DNA of 64,000 bases. Origin: Squalus acanthias (taxonomy: Eukaryota). The notes beneath the pieces were generated by a model. The model saw nothing but the letters and a program-made list of their open reading frames with translations, did not search any database and was not told where the DNA came from. The stretch lies in NCBI GenBank assembly GCA_030390025.1, contig CM059438.1, positions 38,068,001-38,132,000 of the forward strand, written 5' to 3'. The translations under genes and the position numbers were made by a program. Of the stretch, positions 35,401 through 47,400 are shown one piece after another. Every line of letters begins with the position of its first letter. Positions within the stretch are counted from its first letter, which is position 1.

Positions 35401-38400
35401 GGATGTTATTGAAGTGGAGGAGGGGGATACTGAGACAATTACTGTAACTGAAATGAAGCGGGAGGAGGAAGAAGAGGAGGAGGAGGAGGAGGAAGAGGAG
35501 AATATAGTAATGAGAAAAAACATCTATGAGGTAAATACATTGTATTTAATCTTACTACTAAACTGAAGAGAATTTTGTGCTGTGTGATATTTAGAAAGAC
35601 TTCTTGAATGGGTAGAAGATGACCATTTGCTAACCAGGTTAACAAACTCTATTTTTAAAAGTTAATGAGAAACCTTTATCTACCTCTGGATATGGACAGT
35701 ACATCTTGCAGAACCCAGGGTACATTCCAATGCATGTGGAGCTACCTCCCATGATCGGTAATGGATATAACTCATCATGGAGAAAGCTTCACATAATAAC
35801 AGAAGAGCAGGTCATTGAAGGATTTGATGTGCTGATGTACAGTACAGTCCAAGGTATAGGATATATGTCCACTTTTTTTATAAAACTCTACCATCTCTAT
35901 AGAGGGTGGGTGACAAAGAACAAAACTGTGTGCCAGCTCAAGATGTTTTGAATGGCCCACGGGTACAGTAGTGTAGTGGTTATGTTACTGGACTTTGAGT
36001 TCACATCTGACCATGGCCGTCTGAATTTTAATACAATTTTATATATTTTTAAAAAGCAGCTGGTACCAGGAAAAGTGACCATGAAGCTGTTGGATTGTCA
36101 TTAAAAACCCAACTTGTCCCCTAATGTCCCCAGTTAGTGCAACTATGGATGGGCAATAAATATTTGCCTTGTCAACGATGTCCACATACCGAGAATGAGA
36201 ATAAAACTTATTTCCTGTGCCATCTGTTAGTTTAGTTTGTTTTCATTCTCTAGTGATTTAGTTGGACAGATTGTTGTTTGAGCTCTTCCCTACACCCCAC
36301 TATGTATGGTTTGTCGTTCACTAAGAAAATGCAGTGGCTATGATTCCTTTTGATTTTAAAGTATTGGTGTGGGAGCACATTCACACAAGTGTACTCTATA
36401 CTTTTGGGTTGTTTTTCTCCCCCTTCTAAACATGGAGCAATATTGCGGGGGGGGGGGGGAGGAGGAGAAAGGTCCAGTCCTGTCTGATGAAAAATCAAAT
36501 AGTTCTTTTTTGTGCGTAGATTTTATTTAATATCTCTTCAGGTGAAGTAAGAGATGTCATTGCAAGAGAATGGAACGTTATTTTCAGTGCCAATAGATCA
36601 GGTATAGCATAGCCAGAAGCAGTTGCTACTGTTCTCCAAAATGCACTTTAACCACAATCTGAGATTTCCCCCCCACCCCAAGCACTGTAATAGCGTGACA
36701 TTTCCATATCCTATATTAATAATCACCACCGTGTTTTTTTTCAAACTAGATCATTTGTGCTCAGTTACAGGCAGTTGAGTTGCAACTACTTAAATGAACT
36801 TTGTTTGGGATCGTTGTAGCCAGCAGAGCAAGGACTTTCATCTCTAAGTTTGTGCTGAATTCAAGCTAAAGTCCCAGGAGTGAGAGAGTACTGCAGTTCC
36901 CTGTGATTTATGCATAGTTTTGATAGTGTTTTCAACATGCTTTATACTCTTTAAATACAGTTTCAGGGAAATATAATAGAAATGTTCTCAAATTAAAGAA
37001 ATTCTTTTGTTAGAATTTGAATGTGCCCTCTATAGTTTTTTAATTGTGTTGCCATATATAGAAACTGCTGCTTTACATACAAGAGCTGAAAAACAGGTTG
37101 ATTGAGGAAAAGAAAGAAAAAGTGATCTTGGAAAAGAAAATCCGGGAAGAAGTTTGTCAAGAGATGGAAAAGTTCATGGCTCAGTTTGAAAATAATTTAA
37201 GGTACAGTCTTGGGTGATTTTTTAAGGAAATGGTCACTTTAGATGTAATTTTGAAGGAAAATCCAAACCTATTAGTTAACAATTTAATACATGAAATTTA
37301 AAAAAAAACTAAATGAGAAACTTCTTTTTATGTGTGACGGGTGGGCACTTTTGCTACAAAGTAACATCTACCCTATACTTTCATCTCCTACAATCCATGT
37401 CTGGAACTGAGATCACTGGTAAAGCCAGAGGAGACCTGACATTTCAAGTCTGAGGGTTTCAGCTTTTCTGCTGTATGTAACCTTGTTCAACAATTGTCTA
37501 TTCCTAAGTACTTTATTGCTTAAATGAAAGAAGAGATCAACAGATTTTATAACATCAGTGTCATAGCTTTTGATCATTTTTGTATCTTCAGGATATTCAA
37601 TTTGAGATTGGTGGCATATACTTCCCCACTCTTATTCTGTAGGGCTGTGTTCTGGAAATTATCCATAGTTTTTTTTCCTTAAGTAGTTCATTCTTAACTA
37701 GAGCATGGGATAGCAGCCTAGTTGTATGCCTCTCTCTCTTTCGTATCCAAGGTGCAACAAAAGAAAAGAAGTGTCCTTCGTATTAGAACTGCCCCAATTT
37801 AAATTAGCTTCTCTAGTGAAGATCGGCGACAAACCAAACGCGCATGTTAAGTTTTAAATCTGTCATATTTTCCAGATAGTTGGAGCATGAACTGCGCCTC
37901 ATATTTTCCAGACAGTTAGAGGATGAACTGCCTCTCACCGGTTTATTTTCTTCTTCCTTTTGCCATCTGCTTAATTACCAGATCAAGTTTAATAACAACT
38001 AAAACTTGTATTTGTAGTAAAACTTCCCAAGGCGCTTCACAGGAGTATTATCAAACAAAAATTTGACACCGAGCCACATAAAGAGATATTAGGGCAGATA
38101 AGATGTAGGTTTTAAGGAGCGTCTTAAAGGAGGAAACGTGTAGCGAGGCGGAGAGGTTTAGGGAGGGAATTCCAGAGCTTAGGGCCTCAGCAGCTGAAGG
38201 AACGGCTGACAATGGTGGAGTGATTAAAATTGGGGATGCTCAAGAGGCCAGAATTGACTTACTTTCCCATAGGCAGCCTCTCTGGTGTCAAACAGCTTTG
38301 TTTTTTGAACACCAAGCTGGCGCACCGATGGTAAGCAAGCCTGTATGTTTAGCATTTCAGACCCCTGAAGTAATTACAGATGCAATGTCTTTAAATAAAA

Positions 38401-41400
38401 CTAAATGAGAACTGAAAGTGAGAAGAGGACCATCAGGGGAGTCTATTCAGCTTTTCTTTAATATTAATCTTAGTCACCACCACCATTTCATTTGAATTTG
38501 TCTGTCATTGTTTTAGCTAACAATTGGTGCCTAACACATTACAACGAGGCAGATTCCATTTCCTGCTTTCTTCCAGTTCTGACGAAAGGTCTTCGACCTG
38601 AAACGTTAACTCTGTTTCTCTCTCCACAGATGCTGCCTGGCCTGCTGAGTTTTTCCAGCGTTTTCTGTTGTTATTTCAGATTTCTTTTATTGTTGTTTTC
38701 AGTGGTTGTGATACTGGGCTAACAAGCTAGTGGTTGGGAGGTAAAATCCCACCATGGCAACTTGTGAAACTGAAGTCAATAAATCTGGTAATTTATAGAC
38801 TAGTACCAGGAAAAATGATCAAAGCTGCCAGATTGTTGTAAAACCCCACCTGTTTCACTAATGTCCTTTTCAATTGGAACATGCTACCCCTAACTGCCTT
38901 GCCTGGGATAGATTCAGAACAGATATAGCAGCTCAAAACTGGGCATCCATGAGGCGCTGTGGGCCATCAGCAGCAGCAGAATTGTATTCCACCACAATCT
39001 AACCTCATGGCCCGGCATATCCCTCAAGCCAGGGGACCAAACCTGGTTCAATAACGAGTGGAGAAGAGCATGCCAGGAGCAACACCAGGTGTACCAAAAA
39101 ATGAGATGCCAACCTGGGGAAGCTGCAACACAGGGCTACATGCATGCTAAAAAGCGGAAGCAGCATGCTATAGATAGGGCTAAGCGATCCCACAATCAAC
39201 GGATCAGATCAAAGCTCTGCAGTCCTGCCACATCCAGTCGTGAATGGTGGTGGACCATTAAACAACTAATGGGAGGAAGAGGCTCCATGAATATCCCCAT
39301 CCTCCATGATGGTGGAGCCCAGTACACGAGTGCAAAAGACAAGGCTGAAGCGTTTGCAACCATCTTCAGCCAGAAGTGCCGAGTGGATGATCCATATCGG
39401 CCTACTCCCGAGGTCCCCACTATCACAGAAGCCAGTCTTCAGCCAATTCGATTCACTCCCCATGATATCAAGAAACCGCTGAGTGCACTGAATACAGCAA
39501 AGGCTATGGGCCCCGACAACATCCCGGCTATTGTGCTGAAGACTTGCTAAGCTGTTCAGTACAGCTACAACACTGGCATCTATCCGACAATGTGGAAAAC
39601 TGCTCAGGTATGTCCTGTCCACAAAAAGCAGGACAAATCCAATCTGGCCAATTACCGCCCCATCAGTCTCCTTCCTCTCAATCATCAGCAAAGTGATGGA
39701 AGGTGTCATCAACAGTGCTATCAAGTGGCATTTACTCACCAATAACCTGCTCACTGATGCCCAGTATGGGTTCCACCAAGACCACTCAGCTCCCGACCTC
39801 ATTATAGCCTTGGTTCAAACATGGACAAAGGAGCTGAATTCCAGAGGTGAGGTGAGAGTGACTGCCCTTCACATCAAGGCAGCATTTGACAGAGTGTGGC
39901 ATCAAGGAACCCTAGTAAAATTGAAGTCAAAGGGAATCGGGAGGCAAACTCTCCACTGGCTTGAGTCATATCTAGCACAAAGGAAGATGGTTGTGGTGGT
40001 TGAAGGTCAATCATCACAGCCCCAGGACATCGCTGCAGGAGTTCCTCAGGGCAGTGTCCTCGGCCCAACCATCTTCAGCTGCTTCATCAATGACCTTCCC
40101 CCCAACATAAAGTCAGAAATGGGGATGTTCGCTGATGACTGCACAGTGTTCAGTGCCATTCACAACTCCTCAGATGTTGCATGCAGGCATGGACTGCTTT
40201 ATTAAGACCTGGACGACGCTCAGGCTTGGGCTGGTAATTGGCAGGTAACATTCGCGCCACAGAAAATGCCAGGCAATGACTATCTCCAACAAGCGAGAGT
40301 CTAACCACCGCCCCTTGACATTCAACGGCATTACCATTGCCGAATCCCCCACCATCAACATCCTGGGGGTCACCATTGATCAGAAACTTAACTGGACCAG
40401 CCACATAAATACTGTGGCAACAAGAGCAGGTCAGAGGCTAGGTATCCTGTGGCGAGTGTCTTACCTCCTGACTCCATTGATTATAATTACTGTAAAATGT
40501 TGGAGTTCTACAGTGACCATTAATTGACTGAATTAATCTGTATGATTCCTCTCTGCCTATTTTTTAATTCCCCATCCCCTTTTTCTGGATGCCTGTCCAC
40601 CTCTTATTTTTCCGTCCTTAAGCGAGGGTCTTCACCTAAAACATAACCTTGCTGTATTCTCCATGCATGGTGATTGCCCTGCTGTGGGTTCCCAGCATTT
40701 TTTTTTCCAGATTTCCACCATCTCCGGTATTTTGCTTTTCACTTGAATTGTTTCACCTGTGTTTTTTGTTTATAGTGAGCATGTAAAGGAAGAAAATCAG
40801 TTCACTGAGGACAGAATTGAAAAACGCAATGAAATATTTCAAACTTTGGTCAAGACGTGTGTTGCTATTGACAAGAATGATGCTGTTACTGAAGTCTGTA
40901 CTGAACCAGAAGTCAATCGGGTATGTGTTTTGCAGTTGTTTTCAACAGAAACTATTGCTTTTTGAGATGTTCTTCTGTGCTGTTCATTGACAAACCATTT
41001 TCACAAATTCCAAGTACTCTTGCTAATCGAAACCTAGTACTGGGTGTCCAACCCTATCCAAATCTGCCTTGGTTCACAATTTCATCTGGCTCATCTCGCA
41101 GTTTTGGAGTCATCGTCCTCAAAGAAAACTCTGGCCGGAATTTTCTTGGGGGGGACGGGGCCGGGGGGGGCTATGGGAAATTTGATTTTTTTGAACCGGG
41201 TCAGGATCCCGCCGCAACGTGCTTTTCCCAATGTTGGGTCTGTCGGCACTGAGCAGACCCTACGGGCAGCGGTGGGCAACCCAGTTAAACTCATTAGCAT
41301 CTAGTTGACGGATCATTAACAGGCTTTTTTAACTTGCCTTTTCACTTTAACTTCATGGCCACGGGACCACGCTGTTCGGGGACCACGGCTGTTAACCTGA

Positions 41401-44400
41401 GGCGGGAGTTCAGTGGCCATTGCTCCAGCTGATTACTTGACAGCTTCAAATGTACGGTAAAAGCACCCACCTGCCATGATCACTTTCATCAGCCACAAGC
41501 TGGTTCTCAGTCCATTTCCAACACACATTCTACAGGCTTTCCATTCTCCATCCACTCTTGCCTCCATTGGAAGAACTCTCATCATTGGCACGATGCTTCC
41601 TTCATCTCTTCTTCACCTGCCATCTATTCCATCGACATGGGTGCCCTTTATACTGTCGCACCTTGGTCCTCCGAATCCGACCACGATCAGCCCCAACACC
41701 AGCAGCACGAGACACACCAGCAGCACCAACAACACCACCAACCTTCTCCACAATCACCTGATGCTGCACAGGGATAGAGGGCATCAGCACCCGAGCACAT
41801 TGCTGCCCGGGAGGCATGGGATGGCCTCACTATGGCCATATTTACTTCACTTGACACTACACCCTGGCTGCCACGTGATGCGCCAGGTTGGCACCCCCCC
41901 ACACCAACACCATAAAGCATCCCTACAATGTCCAGGCCATTCCTTTCACCCTCCCCACCATTGCGGGGTGTACAGTTATGTCTCGCTATTCACTGCAACT
42001 CACCTAAGCCACTACCAAAGGTGCACTCAAATCTGTCCAAGAATGGCAATTGTTGTAAGTAAAGGTTTCAAAGTTTGATGGCACATTAACAGAAACTTTA
42101 CATGAACATTGGATGAACACCCAAGTGGCAACCCCTGTGTGTTGTTAGTTGGTATGATTGCACTAGGATGAGGGCGAGTGTGAGGGTTGGCTAGTGAGAT
42201 GGGGATGTGAGAATGTAGATAGAGAGAGGGGGATGGGTGGACATGCACGGTAAGTTGGTGTGAGTAAGGATGTGCAGGAGTAGGGTAGGGAAGGCAGACT
42301 GATGGGGATGTGATGAGAGGCACAGCAGGATGAAGCTGAGTGTGGCTTTGTACTAATATTTCATGATCTAATGAGATCATTGGAAGGTTTGTGCCACTGC
42401 ACCCAGGTCCTCCTGACAACATCCCTGCTTGTGACCTCCTCTGCAATGTGCAACTAGGTTGTTTTGTTCTCCTGGGGAGGTCTCCTCCGCCCATCGGAGG
42501 GGAAGAGGATCTCCCTGCATGCTCTGACTCCCCCATAAGCATATGGAGGGAGTCATGGGAGAACCTGGGTGCAGCCCTGCACCTCTGTGCAGTGATTGTC
42601 AGTGTTTGCAGCACCTCAACGCTGTAGAACACTGACAGCACAAATGTTAAAAGAAAGTTGGCCATGGTCCCTTTAAGGAAACCGGCTGATGACGCGTCAT
42701 GAATGACGTCACCAGACCCGCTTCCTCTCATTAGGCAGGGAAACGTGCTGGGCGGGCTTAACAAGCCCCATCAACGGAAAATCATTTTCCAGAGCAGGAT
42801 GGAGCCAGCAGCGGGGTCAGTGCCTGCCCTGGACCCACTGAGGTGAGGAAAATCCAGCCCTCTGTATCTGATCCCTCCTGTTCCTGGCACAAAGCTATAT
42901 ATGAGTGAGGTGAGCACTATTAATAAAAAGCAGCCCCCCACCACATACAATGAAATGCAGTGCTGACCACTGTCAATGGGAGCACACATGCCTCCTGTGT
43001 ACCTTCTGCTTTCAGTGGCAATGTCTGGTCCCCAGGGCTTTGAGGTTGCACGCTGCATGCCAGTGTCAGAGAGGTGTAGCAGGGTCATCGATTTTCTGTG
43101 GTTCTCTACAAGACTGTTTATGCTTGAGCCTGATTTCCATGTCTGGCAGGAGCGCAAGTTACTAAAATTCCTCAATTTGTACCAATCCAAAAAGCCACAC
43201 GAAATAAGAGTAATGAGCTTCAGATGCTATTACTTCTCTCCCTGAAACTTTTTCTTTATGTAGAATTTCACATGTAGAGTTAAGCATTATTTGTTGAACA
43301 CTGAAGCATGCATTTGACTGGGAAATTGGCCTTGCACATTTGTTTCCAAGTACAGTTTCTCCCAATTTTGATGCTGGCAACCACCAAGATCAGCCTCGTG
43401 TGTGATGTATCGTTAGTTACCTCTGAATGAACAATCTTCTGCCACCTAATTGATCGTCCAAGGCCCACTGGCTTTCTCTGTTTCATTGTCAGCCTATTTT
43501 GAATAAGGGAAGGTTGAATAAAGTGACTGACTTTTCTAGGTTATTCTACAGACAGTTGGGAGGCTTGAGGTCTGGGCACAGGATCACAAGATCTTGCTCA
43601 CTGCTAACCTAATAGTTTGTACCTCCATTCCATTGGATAGTCTTTAGTCACAAGGTTGCTAAATAGTTTCCACAGACATGTGAAAAATTAAATGTAAGCA
43701 TTTAGCTAGCATGTTATTAACATGATATGCAAGTTCCACTTTCAGTTAGTGTTCCAAAGATTTACTTTTTTTCAATCCAGTGATTTGCTGATTTATAATA
43801 CTAGCTGTGCAATCCATCTACTTTTTCAAAACAGGAGAGTGTGGTTAATACTAATGTTGTGGGCTACATCAAGTCCTTGGAACCAGATGTAGCTGAAATC
43901 AAGAAGCAAGCTGAAATGATCCATCACCATCTAACAACTGCTCCAGAACCTCAAGAAACTATTGCACTCCTGGAAGCTAATTTAGCTTCTGTCATTCAGG
44001 AGCTTAACCAAACACAAGAAGCACTGAAAAAGAAAACTGCTGGTAAGCCTCAGCAAAAATATTGTTGTACTATAATTATAAAACATATGGTGTTAATACA
44101 TTTTGTAAAATATTATTTCACATGGTATTGGGTTATAAGGCGGTTTGTTTTAGGTAAACAAATATGGCTTAATTTATGTAAAATTTGAAACGAAAGGTTA
44201 TTGCCATAGGGGATTTGGTAATTAGGGGGATAGATGCCATGCTCTGGAGTCACGACTGAGAATCCTAGGGTTCTAAAAGAGGTGGATGCATTGGTTGTGA
44301 TCTTACAAAATTCCCTAGATTCTAGAACGGTCCCCGTGGAATGGAAGGTAGTAAATGTAACCCCGCTATTCAAGAAAGGAGGGAGAGAGAAAACGGGGAA

Positions 44401-47400
44401 CTACAGGCCAGTTAGCCTGACATCAGTCGTCCGGAAAATGCTGGAATCCATTATCAAGGAAGTGGTAACGGGGCACTTGGAAAGTCATAATATGATTAGG
44501 CAGAGTCAACATAGTTTTATGAAAGGGAAATCGTGTTTAACAAATTTTAGTTTTTTGAGGATGTAACTAGCAGGCTAGATAAAGGGGGAACCAGTGGATG
44601 TAGCATATTTGGATTTCCAAAAGGCATTCAATAAGGTGTCACATAAAAGGTTGCTATGCAAGATAAGGGCTCATGAGGTTGGGGGTAACATATTAGCATG
44701 GATCGAGGATTGGTTAACGAGCAGAAAACAGAATAGGGATAAATGGCTCATTTTCCGATTGGCAGGCTGTAACTCGTGGGGTGGTCAAGGATCAGTGCTT
44801 GGGCCTCAGCTATTTACAATCTATATTAATGACTTTGATGAAGGGACCGAGTGCAATGTATCCAAGTTTGCTGACGATACAAAACTAGGTGGGAAAGTAA
44901 CCTTTGAGGAGTACAGAGTCTGCAAAGGGGTATAGACAGGTTAAGTGAGTGGGCAATAAGGTGGCAGATGGAGTATAATGTGGGGAAATGTGAAGTTATT
45001 CAATTTGGTAGGAAGAATAGAAAAACAATACTTTTTAAATGGTGAGAAACTATTAAATGTTGGTGTTCAGAGAGATTTAGGTGTCCTTGTACAGGAAACA
45101 CAAAGTCAGCATGCAGGTACTGCAAGCAATTAGGTAGGCAAATAGCATGTTAGCCTTTATTGCAAGGGGGTTGGAGTCGAAGAGTAAGGAAGTCTTGCTA
45201 CAATTGTATAGAACTATGGTGAGACCACACCTAGAGTACTGTGCACAGTCTTGATCTCCTTCTCTGAGGAAGGACATACTTGGTTTATAGACGGTGCTAC
45301 GAAGGTTCACTAGATTGATCCCTGGGATGAGAGGGTTGTCCTATGAGGAGAGGTTGAGTAGATTGGGCCTATATTCTCTGGAGTTTAGAAGAATGAGAGG
45401 TGATCTCATTGAAACATTTAAGATTCTGAGGGGGATTGACCGGGTAGATGCATCCCCTGGCTGGGGTATAGTCTCAGGATAAGGGGTCGGCCATTTAAGA
45501 CTGAGATGAGGAGAAATTTTTTCACTGAGGGTTGTGAATCTTTGGAATTCTCTATCCCAAAGGGCTGTGGCTGCTGAGTCATTGAATATATTCAAGGCTG
45601 AGATATAGATTTTTGGACTCTAGGGGAATCAAGGGATATGGGGATCGGGTTGGAAAGTGGAGTTGAGGTCGAAGGTCACCCATGATCTTATTGAATGGTG
45701 GAGCATGCTTGAAGGGCTGTATGGTCTACTCCTGCTCCTAATTCTTATGTTCTTTTGGCCTCTCTGGCTCAACCCAACCTTTTGCCTCAACCCCTTGGGT
45801 CAGTGTAGATCAATGATAGTACTCACTTGGCTGATCAGTGCATCTTGGTCTCTAACACCTGATGGGTGCAGAACTTCTCACCTCTTTCCACCCCCCACCC
45901 CAACACAGGCTTGAGCAAAGCGTTTTCCCATAGCTGCTGAAGTGGCGGTGATTAGACATAAATTCAGACATCAAGTAGGAAGCGGTTCTGTTGATATTGA
46001 AGGCACCACACAATTGAGACATCAACCACTGATTCACTGTAGTCACATCCTGGCTACCTCTGGCCAATTTTTGTGCAGAGTTCTTCTAGAGACTATGTTC
46101 AGATGCCATGCTTTGATGCTATTTTTCAAAGAGCTCGAATAGAGTGCCTTTACTATCTGAACATTTGAGTAGGTTTACATAATGTTGTTTTTAAATTTCA
46201 GAATTAGAGGCGTATGAAAAATTGACTGAAGATGAGGAAAAATTGAGGGAAGCTCATAAGGTGACTGTTTTAACACTATCTGAAGACTTGACTTCTACCA
46301 TTTTCTCAAGCTGCATTTTGTTTTCATTTTGGAAATGGTGTTCACAGTTTTGGTATTTTTTATTTAAGAAAGCTATTTGAGAGTAAAAGTTAAAAAGCTG
46401 CATTACATTTATCTTCCTATCACATGATTTCATTGTAAGCATCTTGGAATTCATAGTGGTGAACTAGTCAGATTTGTTGCCCTATTCTGTGTGAATTGTT
46501 AGAGCTTTCTAACACTTTGTTCTGTTTTAGATGCATCTTTGACCACAATTTGATTTTTTAGCAGTGAGACATTTTCTTTTAACCTAATGTTTAGTCAAGA
46601 ACTTGCATTTATAATGTGCTTTATCACCTCTCTCAAATATCCCAAAGAATTTCACATAATTAATTACTTTGCAGTGCAGTCACTGTTATGGAGGCAAATG
46701 TGGCAGCCATTCTGCACAAAGCAAAATCCCACAAACAGTGAGGTTAATGATCAGTTGAACTATTTTGGTCAGCATAATGTTTGCAGGATGCAGATAATTC
46801 CTGTTTTTTGAGTCGTAATGTGGGATCTTCAATATACTATGGAGTGACAGACAGGGCTTTGGTTTAGTACCTCATCTGAAGGATGGCACCGCAGCACTCC
46901 ATACTGCACTGAAGTGTCAACCTAGATTATGTACTGAATTTGTAGCCTGGGGCTTGAGTTCACAACCTTCTGATTCTGATGAGAGTACTACCAAATGAAC
47001 CAAGCTGACATTGTTTGAAAACTTAAAAGTGCAAGAAGCTCATAGTGGTATGACAGTCACTCTCCGTAAGTTAGCTCTCTTTTGAAATAAAAACTGAAAA
47101 TGCTGGAAATACACTACGGGATAGTCAACATCTGAAAGAGAAAGACCTGTTAAGAATTTCAGGTTAAAACCTTTGTATGACTTTTATGGTCAGAGCATTA
47201 AGATTGCTGGAAATTACCAAAGCAACAGGTGGAGGTGAAGAGTACACAGATGGTAATTATTTTCACAGAAAAGATAGCAATTGGGTGAAATAGTCTGTAA
47301 CTTTACTTTTAAACCACAGCAAAGAGATGAAAAATCTCTTTGCTATACAAAGATCATCATAGGTAGAGATGTGAAGAAATATACGAGTTTAAAAATTGCA

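Noticed and set aside
42027-42764. 245-aa minus-strand ORF as a novel host gene
   Set aside because: It lies within a TIR/TSD-bounded element. Only a short part is in the Myb-like frame, which has a frameshift and stops.
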